Program-made: the position numbers and the translations under genes | The notes under the pieces: generated by a model | The model's database searches: none | Told to the model about the DNA's origin: nothing | Seen by the model: the letters and a program-made list of their open reading frames with translations, nothing else | Virus record (IMG/VR): IMGVR_UViG_3300024509_000012 | DNA: 64,000 nt | Reading direction: 5' to 3' (one strand) | Source of the DNA: an uncultured virus (IMG/VR IMGVR_UViG_3300024509_000012) | Lineage: Duplodnaviria; Heunggongvirae; Uroviricota; Caudoviricetes | Shown here: positions 9,655 to 19,693 of the stretch, piece after piece | How positions within the stretch are numbered: the stretch's first letter is position 1 | Layout of the letters: each line of letters begins with the position of its first letter

Positions 9655-10050
9655 TTAATCAATCCTCATTTTTGTATTAAAAGTTTTTGCAATTTTCTTG
9701 TGAGAAGAAGGGATAGTGTCTTTACCAGCATTCATCCAAGACTTATATTCCATTTCTTCCAAATAATCAGAAGCATTAGGGATATAGCGATTACCAAAAT
9801 CTTCAAGAATATGTTGTTCACCAACATCCCTAACTGATACATCACGTCCATCAGAATTCTTGATATTCACACCAAACACCTTTTCTAAGATATTTGAAAG
9901 AAACCAAGAGTTATGAGTCAAAGCACGATGACGATTATCAGACATCGCACCCTTTGAAGAATCCATTAATTGATGGATATCCAAATAATCTTCTGGAACA
10001 CCACCAAACTTTCTAGCAGAAGAAACTGCATGAATCCAAGGTTTTGCCAT
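9655..10050 (-). CDS. conserved His-rich phage protein
   Basis: Start placed at MAKPWIHAVSSARKFGG; DSSK, RHRALTH and EQHILED motifs. Confidence 0.7.
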   Translation of the reverse strand: MAKPWIHAVSSARKFGGVPEDYLDIHQLMDSSKGAMSDNRHRALTHNSWFLSNILEKVFGVNIKNSDGRDVSVRDVGEQHILEDFGNRYIPNASDYLEEMEYKSWMNAGKDTIPSSHKKIAKTFNTKMRID

Positions 10051-10051
10051 A

Positions 10052-10183
10052 TTAATCCCTATCCCAAGGATATCGTTCAGTAATAACAAGACCGATAAAA
10101 GTAATAGCTGTTGCAGCAGCAGACAAAGCAGCAACACAAAGAACTACAGCTTGCGGCCAAGAGATTTGTAATAGATTTTCCAT
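10052..10183 (-). CDS. small membrane protein (43 aa, not in ORF track)
   Basis: MENLLQISWPQAVVLCVAALSAAATAITFIGLVITERYPWDRD; fills the gap between neighbours exactly. Confidence 0.55.
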   Translation of the reverse strand: MENLLQISWPQAVVLCVAALSAAATAITFIGLVITERYPWDRD

Positions 10184-10596
10184 TATGTCTCCAGATATAC
10201 AATACACTCTTTTACGAAATCCGATAATTCAGTTCCTTCTTGTTCATACCAGGAATGTCCACCTTCCCAATCATGTTCCTTGAAGAACTTCAACATTTCT
10301 TCTCTAGAAATCCATCTAATTGAATTACGAAGACTTTCGTATAATTCAACTAATTCATTAATGTTATTACATCCTTGAAGAGCATCACATCCAGAACAAG
10401 ACCCCCATCCAAATTCAAGTAGACCATAGAGATTATCCTTTTGTAAGAGAGCAGTCGTGTCTCCTTGATAGGACCCAAGTTCCACTTGGTTAAGGACTTC
10501 TCCAAAAGAATCAATCATAGGTTGATAATCATACAACCAATGTCCATCTTCATTTAATGCTGGATAAATTTTCATTAAAATTTCAGTTGTTGTCAT
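10183..10596 (-). CDS. hypothetical phage protein
   Basis: YQG...GWGSCSGCD motif. Confidence 0.7.
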   Translation of the reverse strand: MTTTEILMKIYPALNEDGHWLYDYQPMIDSFGEVLNQVELGSYQGDTTALLQKDNLYGLLEFGWGSCSGCDALQGCNNINELVELYESLRNSIRWISREEMLKFFKEHDWEGGHSWYEQEGTELSDFVKECIVYLET

Positions 10597-10651
10597 TTCT
10601 CACCATTTGCATTATGTAGTTTCCACTCACAATTATAGTATAACCTATTGT

Positions 10652-10834
10652 TTAGGATTTGTCAAGTTTACCCCAATCAACTTTTAACCAAATTCTTTCA
10701 TGAATATAATGAACAAAAGTCATGGCTATGTTCATAAGAATAGCTGATTCTATTCCCGTCCACATAGCCGTGACTATTGTTGCTGTTATTCTCCAACTTG
10801 CTGATCTTGCTATTGTTCTTTTGTGTTGTTCCAC
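10652..10834 (-). CDS. small membrane protein (DUF2061-like)
   Basis: RTIARSASWRI...YIHERIW..VDWG pattern. Confidence 0.7.
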   Translation of the reverse strand: MEQHKRTIARSASWRITATIVTAMWTGIESAILMNIAMTFVHYIHERIWLKVDWGKLDKS

Positions 10835-11946
10835 GATTTAAATATACTTAATATAGTTTTATTGTTTAAATTTAATAACCATTCTTTAGAATTTTTTACT
10901 TTACCATCTAACATAGCAAAAAAGAACCCTTGAATCTCATGAATATATGAATGAGTTACATGTAAAGCAAATTCTTTTCTTGATACTGTTTTAATATCAA
11001 GTGGAAAAAATTCCCAAAAAATTTCTAAATGTCCTTGTAATTCATAATAATATGATTTAAATTTGTCAAATTTTTTCTTTAAATCTGGAAAATAAGCCAT
11101 TACTTCAGAATCTTCGCCAGATTTAATCAAATCAATAATTTTATCATCATTCAGTGAATCTTTCAAATGATGAATTAAAACATATTTTTCAGATTTAACT
11201 TTAACACGATTGAAATTTTTATCAACTAAGACGAAACCTTCCTGTTTAGAAGGATCTAACTCCTTAGCAGAAGAAAGAATTTCTTCAATTGTAGACATTG
11301 AAAAAGAACGAACAACATCAAAATACTCACGATATATAACGGATAGAATTTCACGTCCATTTTCATTATCACGAACACCAATTAAAGTTAATTTTCCATC
11401 ATTGTTACTTTGAGATGTAACAACTCTGTTATACTTAGAAGTCAACTCAAACAAATATGTACTTCTAGGATTCAAGTCAGAAATAAAATACATCTGATTA
11501 TTAAAAGTTTTCCAAAATAATTCTGCAAAAGAAAAATCCATATTACCAACAGGACCATGTGCTGAAGCCATTCCTTTTGTTGCAACATGCCATTCATTTC
11601 GATAATGATAAACAATCATCAAAGAACCATCAACTTTTTCTTGTGCTACAAATGAAGTCCAATCAAATTTATCTTCATCTACATTTTCGCCATAATTAAA
11701 AAATCTATCAAATGGACGTGCAACAACTTTCCAATTGTCAGCAGAATCTAAAATAATACCACGGGATTCCCTAACAATAGGATGTGCTTTTACCTTATAA
11801 GAATCAATTTGATTGTATGTGAATTGAATTAAATTATTATATTTTTTATGAACGTTTGTATCAATACCAAACTGTTCTTTAAGAAGAACTAGATTTCCGT
11901 TGTTTTCGATTAGGAATTTTTGTAGATTCAACATTTTTTTCACCAT
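10810..11946 (-). CDS. RNA ligase, T4 Rnl1-like
   Basis: ESRGIILD, PFDRFFNYGE, motif I EKVDGS, FEL, EGFVL, KVKSEKY. Confidence 0.9.
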   Translation of the reverse strand: MVKKMLNLQKFLIENNGNLVLLKEQFGIDTNVHKKYNNLIQFTYNQIDSYKVKAHPIVRESRGIILDSADNWKVVARPFDRFFNYGENVDEDKFDWTSFVAQEKVDGSLMIVYHYRNEWHVATKGMASAHGPVGNMDFSFAELFWKTFNNQMYFISDLNPRSTYLFELTSKYNRVVTSQSNNDGKLTLIGVRDNENGREILSVIYREYFDVVRSFSMSTIEEILSSAKELDPSKQEGFVLVDKNFNRVKVKSEKYVLIHHLKDSLNDDKIIDLIKSGEDSEVMAYFPDLKKKFDKFKSYYYELQGHLEIFWEFFPLDIKTVSRKEFALHVTHSYIHEIQGFFFAMLDGKVKNSKEWLLNLNNKTILSIFKSWNNTKEQ

Positions 11947-12193
11947 GATTTAAATGAATCAATAAAATAATATTATGGATAGCCTTGTAAAGATCTTTTA
12001 CATTCTTTCCATCTTTCTTTCCATAACGTGCGAGATATTCAATAGCATTTGAAATGTATGAACCTTCACCATGTCCAATAGCCATGATTAAATCATTTAC
12101 TTGAATATCATTTCCACGAACATAATGTTCATTATATGTACTTTCAATATAACCTTCAACTTCTGCTAGAATTTCTTTTTCTTCATATTTCAT
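11879..12193 (-). CDS. conserved phage protein (DUF3310-like)
   Basis: TYNEHY...NAIEYLARYGKKDG..DLYKAIH. Confidence 0.7.
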   Translation of the reverse strand: MKYEEKEILAEVEGYIESTYNEHYVRGNDIQVNDLIMAIGHGEGSYISNAIEYLARYGKKDGKNVKDLYKAIHNIILLIHLNHGEKNVESTKIPNRKQRKSSSS

Positions 12194-12408
12194 ACACGAA
12201 TAGTTCCTTTAAGTTCCTTAATTTCTTCCTTATACTTTTTCTTTGATGTCTCAATCCAAAATGGGATTGAATTAAAAATTCCCTTTTGAAATGCTTCCAG
12301 TACCAACATTAGCTTTGAAAGCCAAAAAAATGTTGAATAACCAGTCACAAAAACAAAAAGAAGATGTACAATAGTTAGTGATAGAATAATTCCAGTTGTC
12401 ATTTCCAT
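12190..12408 (-). CDS. hypothetical membrane protein
   Basis: Hydrophobic N-terminal half; overlaps the next gene. Confidence 0.55.
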   Translation of the reverse strand: MEMTTGIILSLTIVHLLFVFVTGYSTFFWLSKLMLVLEAFQKGIFNSIPFWIETSKKKYKEEIKELKGTIRV

Positions 12409-12420
12409 AATCCAAGTATA

Positions 12421-12906
12421 CTATACTGCCCATTCATTGTCAACATTTAAAGGTAAAATATCAAACATCACACCACATGAATTGAAAATTTCAATAGTTT
12501 TATTTTCATGTTCAAAATATTTTGAAGTCTGATGTCTAAAATGATGAAGATTTTCCTTCATTAAAACAACTCTTAAAATACCAGACTGTACAATTCCTCT
12601 AGCACAGTCCACACACGGGAAATGAGAAGCATACATAGTACAGCCATAAGTACTAGTACCCATTCTTGATGCATTATAGATCGCATTTCTTTCAGCATGT
12701 TCCACCCAATAATATTTCTCTGGTTTTTCCCATTTATTTAAATCTAAATCATTAAAACCTCTTGGCATACCATTATATCCAGTTGATCTTATTGCGTGAT
12801 CTGGACCTACAATGATAGCAGAGGTTTTCGTTGTGTCTTTTGATTTTTTTGAAATATGGGGTAATAAATTTAAAAAATAATTATCCCATTCAATTGTTTC
12901 TATCAT
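12421..12906 (-). CDS. dCMP deaminase
   Basis: TGYNG, HAERNAI and PCVDC zinc motifs. Confidence 0.92.
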   Translation of the reverse strand: MIETIEWDNYFLNLLPHISKKSKDTTKTSAIIVGPDHAIRSTGYNGMPRGFNDLDLNKWEKPEKYYWVEHAERNAIYNASRMGTSTYGCTMYASHFPCVDCARGIVQSGILRVVLMKENLHHFRHQTSKYFEHENKTIEIFNSCGVMFDILPLNVDNEWAV

Positions 12907-12940
12907 ATAAAAAAGGGGGGCTTTTACACCCCCCTGTTAT

Positions 12941-13174
12941 TTAGCCTAGAGTATAAAATGCCTTACGAGTACCATCATTATAGGTCTTGTAATTTGTAAC
13001 AATGTTAACACCCTTACTACGCATCTCACGAACACGGGCAGAAACGTTGGTAATACCAAAACGTGAACGTGCCTGAGAAGCAGAAATCTTCTGACCTCTT
13101 GTTAGAGCGTTTAGAAGACGTGAGTTCTGTGAACCCTTACGGAAGGGAGTTGTAGTTGTTGCAGTTGTATTCAT
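12941..13174 (-). CDS. small winged-HTH DNA-binding protein
   Basis: RFGITNVSARVREMRSKG; own promoter (13231-13259), SD and downstream terminator. Confidence 0.7.
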   Translation of the reverse strand: MNTTATTTTPFRKGSQNSRLLNALTRGQKISASQARSRFGITNVSARVREMRSKGVNIVTNYKTYNDGTRKAFYTLG

Positions 13175-13230
13175 TTTTTTGTTTTTCCTTTGTTATAAGT
13201 TTAATTGTGGTGTTCAACCACTATGATACC

Positions 13231-13423
13231 AGTATAGCATCAGAATACGAGTTTGTCAAGAACTTTTTTATATTTTTTATATATTTTTTTGCTACTAATA
13301 TTAAATATATTATCTCTGTCAACGACACTCTTATTATAGCACAGAAAATGTAAGTTGTCAAGTGTTTAGTCAAAAAAGTTTAAAAATATTTTTCTTGACA
13401 ACCTAAATAGTCTTTGCTATAAT
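13231..13423. promoter_or_regulatory. divergent sigma70-type promoter cluster
   Basis: Minus strand: TTGACA-17-TATACT (13231-13259) and TTGACA-17-TATAAT (13333-13361); plus strand: TTGACA-17-TATAAT (13395-13423). Confidence 0.85.
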
Positions 13424-13429
13424 GAGCTT

Positions 13430-14557
13430 ATGGTTGAAGAAGACATCCTAGAAAAACGAGAACGTGTACAGGACATCATCAATCCTTTTGGTACAAAGGA
13501 ACCAAAGTGGAATGACATTGATGTAACTGTACTTCATAATAAAGCAAGACTATCAATTCTTGGCTCTGCATATAATTGGTATAGCTATAATGCTACACCT
13601 ATGCAACATAAGAAATGGGTTTTGGAATACTGTAAGAATAATCCTGGTTTCACACAGGATGATACTGATATTCTAGAATCAGTTAATGAAAAGAGATTTA
13701 TTCCTTATGGACCAACATTAAGAATTTTCATGAACAATGGTCCTATTCAGAAATCTTCTTTATCAAAGATTAATATTCATATTAAAGATTTAATTGAAGA
13801 ACATTCTTTAATCCATGAAGAAAAAGTAAAGCAGAACAAAATTAAGCAGCTTTATAAAATTGAAAAAGAACATGAACACACTTCTAATTTAATTAGTGAG
13901 TTTGAAGAAAAAGTTCATTCTTTCATTATAGATAAATCATACAAGTTTAATTTTAATTATAATGATTGGGTAGCAAAAAATAACGTACCAAAAAAAGTTC
14001 ACCTACATATTATAGAGAGATGGAATCAGGTAAAAGATGAATTAACATCAACTGAGCCTGATTGTATTGAGGCATATAGCCATATTCCATACAAAAAGAA
14101 GTTAGAGTTAATTTCATTTCTTGAAAGTCTAGCTGTAACTGAACAGGTTGAAGAAGTTCCTGTTAAAAGAACACGAACAAAGAAACCAAAATCCGCTGCA
14201 AAGCAAATTAAAAAACTAAAATATATGGATAATTTCCAGGAATTAAATCTAAAAAGTATTAATCCTGAAAAAATTATTGGTGCAACAAATCTATGGGTTT
14301 ACAACACTCAGTACAAAATTTTATTTAATTATGTTGCTGAGAAAGATAAATCTTTTGAAATCAAAGGCACAACTCTTTTAAATTTTGATGAAAATCTTTC
14401 TGTGGGAAAACGTCTCAGAAAACCAGAAGAGGTATTGACAACAATCCTCAATGGTGGTAAGATTGTATTCAGAAAGACTTTTGAAGGTCTAAAAACCAAA
14501 CCAATTAAAACAACCGGAAGGATAAACGAACACTGCATTCTTTTAAAGGCATTTTAA
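13430..14557 (+). CDS. conserved T4-like hypothetical protein (leaderless)
   Basis: Long ORF; C-terminal SINPEKIIGA, IKGTTL, LRKPEE, GRINE motifs. Confidence 0.8.
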   Translation: MVEEDILEKRERVQDIINPFGTKEPKWNDIDVTVLHNKARLSILGSAYNWYSYNATPMQHKKWVLEYCKNNPGFTQDDTDILESVNEKRFIPYGPTLRIFMNNGPIQKSSLSKINIHIKDLIEEHSLIHEEKVKQNKIKQLYKIEKEHEHTSNLISEFEEKVHSFIIDKSYKFNFNYNDWVAKNNVPKKVHLHIIERWNQVKDELTSTEPDCIEAYSHIPYKKKLELISFLESLAVTEQVEEVPVKRTRTKKPKSAAKQIKKLKYMDNFQELNLKSINPEKIIGATNLWVYNTQYKILFNYVAEKDKSFEIKGTTLLNFDENLSVGKRLRKPEEVLTTILNGGKIVFRKTFEGLKTKPIKTTGRINEHCILLKAF

Positions 14558-14560
14558 AGT

Positions 14561-14800
14561 ATGAGTCACTTAACTAAGGAACAAGAATTTCTTATTATGA
14601 ATGGATGGGAAATTAACCCACATCGTAAGAACGGCGAAATTTGCAAGATCCCAATTTACAAGCAAGATGGGAACATTGATGAAAAGACATGGTATACACT
14701 ATCTGAGGCTTTAGATATCGAACGACAGTCAGATCCAGATGGATATACAAACTATGTTTACTACGGCGATTATGCCAGAGATTATGATTTCGAGGATTAA
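14561..14800 (+). CDS. hypothetical protein
   Basis: Tightly packed ORF in operon. Confidence 0.6.
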   Translation: MSHLTKEQEFLIMNGWEINPHRKNGEICKIPIYKQDGNIDEKTWYTLSEALDIERQSDPDGYTNYVYYGDYARDYDFED

Positions 14801-15106
14801 ATGTTTACTAGTGAAGAACTTGGTGTTGAGCGTTTAGAAATTGATGATGCTGTTTATCGTTTTGATTGGTCAAAACCATTAACAGAACAACTATGTCTTG
14901 GTGTCATTACAGAAATTATTTCTACAAATGAACTAAGAGAAGGCTACAAAGTAGAAAGTATTTATGATATTTCTAAGTTTGATGAAACTAAAGTCTATAC
15001 AAGACTAGACTTAGAAAAAGCTCCAAAAGATCCAGACAAAACAATTAAACGTCATATTAAAGACCTGGAAAGTTATGCACTTCGTAATTTAGGAAGAACA
15101 GAATGA
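14801..15106 (+). CDS. hypothetical protein
   Basis: Tightly packed ORF with GAGG SD. Confidence 0.6.
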   Translation: MFTSEELGVERLEIDDAVYRFDWSKPLTEQLCLGVITEIISTNELREGYKVESIYDISKFDETKVYTRLDLEKAPKDPDKTIKRHIKDLESYALRNLGRTE

Positions 15107-15960
15107 TTTTATTAGATTTCAATCAGGTGGCAATTTCAAATTTATTTCAGAATTTGAATATCAACAAGTCTTCTTCTACTATTAAGGTAGAGGAGGACTT
15201 GTTGCGTCATATGATTTTAAATACCATTAGAGGCATTGTTCAGTACAACAAAGCAGAATATGGTGAGCTAGTTATTTGTTGTGACAACAAAGTTTATTGG
15301 CGCAAGGAATTTTATCCACATTACAAGGCAAACAGAAAAAAGGATAGAGATAACTCCGGACTGGATTGGGAAAGTTTCTTTGTTTCTTTAAACAAAATTA
15401 AGGCAGAAATCATGGAGTTCATGCCTTATAAGGTGATTGATGTTTATGGTGCCGAAGCAGATGATGTAATTGCAGTTCTTGTAAAGCAACTTCATGAGAA
15501 TGAAAAGATTTTAATTGTCTCTGCTGATAAAGATTTAAGTCAATTGCAGAAATATAAGAATGTAAAGCAATTAAATCCAATCGCAAAAAAACTAATCAAT
15601 ATTGATGATCCAGAAGAATTTCTTTATGAACATATTATTCGTGGAGATTCTGGTGATGGTATTCCTAACTTCCTGTCAGATGATGACACATTTGTTACAT
15701 CAAAACGACAAAAACCAATTTCATCAAACAAACTTCAGGCTTGGCTAAAACAAAAGCCTGAAGATTATTGTGATGAAAAGATGATTGCTGGTTTCATTAG
15801 AAACCGCAAGTTAATTGATTTTGATTACATTCCAGATTTAATCAAGAAAAATGTTTTAGAAAGCTATAACAGAGAATTTGTGAAAGATAAGAATAAAATG
15901 TTTAATTACTTTGTTAGTGCTAAGTTAAAAAATCTAATGGAAAACATTCAGGATTTTTAA
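15103..15960 (+). CDS. rnh: T4 RNase H (5'-3' flap exonuclease)
   Basis: MILLDFNQ, YWRK..YPHYKANRK, EADDVIA, SADKD, GDSGDGIPN. Confidence 0.95.
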   Translation: MILLDFNQVAISNLFQNLNINKSSSTIKVEEDLLRHMILNTIRGIVQYNKAEYGELVICCDNKVYWRKEFYPHYKANRKKDRDNSGLDWESFFVSLNKIKAEIMEFMPYKVIDVYGAEADDVIAVLVKQLHENEKILIVSADKDLSQLQKYKNVKQLNPIAKKLINIDDPEEFLYEHIIRGDSGDGIPNFLSDDDTFVTSKRQKPISSNKLQAWLKQKPEDYCDEKMIAGFIRNRKLIDFDYIPDLIKKNVLESYNREFVKDKNKMFNYFVSAKLKNLMENIQDF

Positions 15961-16007
15961 AAATAAATAGTGATTAAATTCACTTAATTCCCACCTCAAG
16001 GATAATT

Positions 16008-16538
16008 ATGACATTGATGTTATCAGAAGTATTTGATGCAGTTAATAAGGCTGCATCATTAGATGATAAAAAGAAAATTCTACTCCAAAATAAAACTCCT
16101 GCCCTATTAACCATTTTACGTTATGGTTTAGATAATAGAATTCAGTTTGATACAGAAATTCCAACATACAAACCAGATTCTAGTCCTATTGGTTTAAGTT
16201 ATGGTTCTCTTCAAAAAGAATATAGACGTTTATATATTTTCACAAGAATTTATAGAAACGTTAATATCAACAGAAAGAAAATGATTCTAGCACAAATTCT
16301 AGAGTCAATTAGCCCATCGGAAGCAAAGCTTTTGGAAAGTGTTTTGACTAAGAAATTTTCTTTGAAAGATGTTGATAATGTATTTTTAAATTCTGTTTTT
16401 CCTGAACTAATGCTTCCTGTGCCATTAAAGGAACAAAATGGAAAGGAAGAATCTGTACAAATACCAACTGAAAAAGCAGTTGAAGTCGAAACCAAGGTTG
16501 TACCACCCAACAGAAAGAAAAATAAAAAAGTGGTTTAA
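16008..16538 (+). CDS. conserved T4-like hypothetical protein
   Basis: Follows rnh; L..EYRRLY...ILES motif. Confidence 0.7.
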   Translation: MTLMLSEVFDAVNKAASLDDKKKILLQNKTPALLTILRYGLDNRIQFDTEIPTYKPDSSPIGLSYGSLQKEYRRLYIFTRIYRNVNINRKKMILAQILESISPSEAKLLESVLTKKFSLKDVDNVFLNSVFPELMLPVPLKEQNGKEESVQIPTEKAVEVETKVVPPNRKKNKKVV

Positions 16539-16842
16539 AAAACTGAACACATTATTCTTCAATGATACTTTACCTGAATTTAATAAAATAAACATTAAGT
16601 CAGATAAGTATCATTGGGGATTGTGTAAAGGTGAATGTAAGAAAGAAAAAATATTAAATTTGGAATTGTCCAAATCATTTCCCAGTTTTTGTTTTTTCAT
16701 CAGTATTTTAGCTCATGAAATGATTCATGCCTATCAGTATATGACAATAGGTAAAATGAGTCACTCAGAAAGTTTTGAAAGATGGAATGATGTATTTTTA
16801 GAATATGGATTGGAGATAAAAGATTATGATGAACTTGAATGA
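16438..16842 (+). CDS. SprT-like zinc metalloprotease
   Basis: LAHEMIHAYQ...H motif. Confidence 0.8.
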   Translation: MERKNLYKYQLKKQLKSKPRLYHPTERKIKKWFKKLNTLFFNDTLPEFNKINIKSDKYHWGLCKGECKKEKILNLELSKSFPSFCFFISILAHEMIHAYQYMTIGKMSHSESFERWNDVFLEYGLEIKDYDELE

Positions 16843-17128
16843 TGTTAAGAAGTTAACAGAACAAGATTTAGAAGATATTAGAACAAAAGCATTAACCAAA
16901 TTTATTGGAATGCTTTTTAAGCATTGTTTAATGTCAGCTTTAACAACAGCTATTTTAATGGTAATTATTCTAAAAGAAAATTCTGCATTATTAATTGGAT
17001 GTTTAATTGTTAATATAATTTGTTTAATTGGCGTATTTATTTCATACTTCAGTGTAGAGGTTGAAACTGTAGATTATGAAATTGAAGTTTTAAGAGAAAT
17101 GAAAAAGATTAATTTTGATGTAAATTAG
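16826..17128 (+). CDS. hypothetical two-TM membrane protein
   Basis: Two hydrophobic segments. Confidence 0.6.
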   Translation: MMNLNDVKKLTEQDLEDIRTKALTKFIGMLFKHCLMSALTTAILMVIILKENSALLIGCLIVNIICLIGVFISYFSVEVETVDYEIEVLREMKKINFDVN

Positions 17129-17333
17129 TTCTTCCCATTGTGATGTTGTTTTGAATTCTAATTTCTTGATTTCTAAAAGTCCAACATTCACCTGAACTAT
17201 CAATAAAAACCACCCATTCCAAATCATGTTCTTGGGAACGATCAATTAGGAAATATGCCCAACCTTTTCCTTTTGGTGTGATTAATGGAATGGGTGGATT
17301 TAGTTGTATTGTCATATTAGTTATGACTATCAA
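17109..17333 (-). CDS. hypothetical protein
   Basis: QLNPPIPL.TPKG.G.A...ID...W pattern; true start probably MTIQLNPP. Confidence 0.65.
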   Translation of the reverse strand: MIVITNMTIQLNPPIPLITPKGKGWAYFLIDRSQEHDLEWVVFIDSSGECWTFRNQEIRIQNNITMGRTNLHQN

Positions 17334-18489
17334 TAATTTTTTTCATATTATTAGTTAGTTCTTTTATCAGAAAAGAACTTATTTCAATTTTAACATCATT
17401 ACCGATAAATTTTATTTGATAAAGTAAATTTGAATTATAATTTATGTTATAAGAATTTTCTTTTTTTGTGTAAGAAAGTTTATTGATGTCATTTAGTTTT
17501 TTCATATAATCTATAAAACTATTAAATGAAAATTCTTTAATATAATTTTTCTGATTTTTATCTAGATTAATATTTTTTTTAACTATATTTATTTTTAATG
17601 AATTATATATTATGTTGTCTATAGAAATACCAAATAAAAAATATTGCAATTTTGATAGCCACAATGATCTAGTTTCATTTAATATTTCATCAAAAGATTT
17701 AGATAAATTGTTACTATAACCAAAATCTTTATATAATTGTTTTTTATTTGTATTGTGTATTCTCTTATTCAAAGAAGAACTGGAAGTTAGTTTTAAAGAA
17801 ACTTCAATTTCATCTAACAATGAATCTTTTGATAAAATATTAAATAATTGATTTAATTTATAAGATGGTGCTTCCTCACTCAAATTCATACTTGTTAATT
17901 TATAACCTTTATTTGTCTTAAAATTCACCACTAAATCTGATTTTTTTAAAAGTTTATTAATATTATTTTCTTCATTTTTAATTTTTTGTATATTTCCGGT
18001 AGTTGAAATATGTATCTCAACTAAATTTATCATTTCATCCTCAACGTAAGAAATTAAAGTATTTTTAATTTTGTTTGAAATAATACTTGATGGAAATCTG
18101 TTAATTAAGAAATTAAATATTTCTTCTTTTGCATAACTCATTGACTTTCTTAATTTTTTATTTTTAGCAAAAAAGATAGTTCCTTTAGGTAATTTGATTT
18201 TTAACTTACAGCGTAAATATTTGTTATCTGTAAGCTCAGTTCCTTTTTTCTTAACAAGAAAGTTATCAGTTAAAATTAATCCTTGTCCGGTGTATTCTTC
18301 AACATTATTTGATAAAAATTTTAAAGTTTCCAAAATAGAATTTTTATTATAACCACCATCTAGTGTAGTTTTTGGTGAAAGATTAATTATTTCATAATCA
18401 TTTTCGAAAACTAAATTACTTGTACTATAATGTGCCGCACAAACAGCATATAAACCTTCGTATATAAATCCTAGTTCGTTAAAGGCCAT
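17317..18489 (-). CDS. hypothetical protein, extremely AT-rich, possible nuclease
   Basis: 390-aa ORF with SD; late promoter TATAAATA at 18515-18522 (minus). Confidence 0.6.
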   Translation of the reverse strand: MAFNELGFIYEGLYAVCAAHYSTSNLVFENDYEIINLSPKTTLDGGYNKNSILETLKFLSNNVEEYTGQGLILTDNFLVKKKGTELTDNKYLRCKLKIKLPKGTIFFAKNKKLRKSMSYAKEEIFNFLINRFPSSIISNKIKNTLISYVEDEMINLVEIHISTTGNIQKIKNEENNINKLLKKSDLVVNFKTNKGYKLTSMNLSEEAPSYKLNQLFNILSKDSLLDEIEVSLKLTSSSSLNKRIHNTNKKQLYKDFGYSNNLSKSFDEILNETRSLWLSKLQYFLFGISIDNIIYNSLKINIVKKNINLDKNQKNYIKEFSFNSFIDYMKKLNDINKLSYTKKENSYNINYNSNLLYQIKFIGNDVKIEISSFLIKELTNNMKKIIDSHN

Positions 18490-18531
18490 CTAATCCCCTT
18501 TTTGTTATACTAAATATTTATAAACCTAACT

Positions 18532-19575
18532 ATGAAAAATGAACTACAAAATTACCTAGCTGATACTGAAACTAACTTTAAGCAGAAACTAGACTTCTTT
18601 CAAAATAGAAATGTATCTGTTCAAAGTCATAATGATTATTCTAACTTATTTCAGTTTTGTCTCTATGATAATAATTCAGAACCAAATGAAATTATTGATA
18701 ATTGTTCTGGAATAATTCTTGATGTTGATGATAAAAATTTTCCAATCATAGCAGCAACACCTAAAGTAATTCATGCAAAACCTATTTTCTCATCTAAACG
18801 TTTAAGATATGAAGAGAAAATTGATGGTACAACTGTTTATCTGTGGAACCATAAAGAAAAATGGCACTTATCAACAAAATATGATGTCCAAGAACCAAAA
18901 ATAGAAAAATTATTCTTTAAATACTTTCCACAAAAATATATTAGTTTACTTGATCCTTGTTACACCTACACATTTGAAATAATATCACCATTCAACAAAA
19001 AAATTGTAAACACAAACACTGTTAAAATATATTTCATAACAGCTATTAATAAAGTTACATTGGAAGAAACTAGATTTGAATGTTTTGAACACATGCTTCC
19101 AAAAACATTTAAATTTAATACAATACAAGAAGCACAAGAATTTGTACAAAATTCAGATCCAAAAGAAATTGAAGGATTAATTGTAATAGATTCAAAAAAC
19201 AGAAAAATTAAAATTAAAAATAAAAACTTTAGAAAACTGCAAGACTTTGTTGAATCATTTGATTTCAAAAAAGGTATTGTGATGGCAATAAAAGAAAAAG
19301 ATGAATTTGTCGAAGAATTTCCGGAAATTTCAGATTTATATAGAGAAATGAAAAAAATGATAAATTCAATTTGTTCTAAGTATGACAAGATATTTGAAGT
19401 TTGTATGAAAAATACATCAACAAAAGCAGAATTTGTATCAAAAGTAATGTCACATACAAAGTTTACTTCACCTCTATATGCCATGTATGACAAAAAAGTA
19501 AAAAATATGAAAGATTATCTGCAAAAGATGAATCCAGATAAACTTGCCATGATGCTTGAGAAGGGTGAAATTTAA
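18532..19575 (+). CDS. second, divergent Rnl1-like RNA ligase
   Basis: NCSGIILD, EEKIDGT, FEI, EGLIV, KIKNK. Confidence 0.8.
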   Translation: MKNELQNYLADTETNFKQKLDFFQNRNVSVQSHNDYSNLFQFCLYDNNSEPNEIIDNCSGIILDVDDKNFPIIAATPKVIHAKPIFSSKRLRYEEKIDGTTVYLWNHKEKWHLSTKYDVQEPKIEKLFFKYFPQKYISLLDPCYTYTFEIISPFNKKIVNTNTVKIYFITAINKVTLEETRFECFEHMLPKTFKFNTIQEAQEFVQNSDPKEIEGLIVIDSKNRKIKIKNKNFRKLQDFVESFDFKKGIVMAIKEKDEFVEEFPEISDLYREMKKMINSICSKYDKIFEVCMKNTSTKAEFVSKVMSHTKFTSPLYAMYDKKVKNMKDYLQKMNPDKLAMMLEKGEI

Positions 19576-19626
19576 ACTATTATAAATAATGAAAGATTGT
19601 AAATTAGACATAAACTAAAATAACTC

Positions 19627-19657
19627 AGCGGAGGAAGATGTTTTCCTCCGCTTTTTT
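19627..19657 (+). terminator. intrinsic terminator
   Basis: gcggaggaa...ttcctccgc followed by T6. Confidence 0.8.
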
Positions 19658-19693
19658 ATTGACAAATTCAAAAATTTGTGATATTATGTATTC

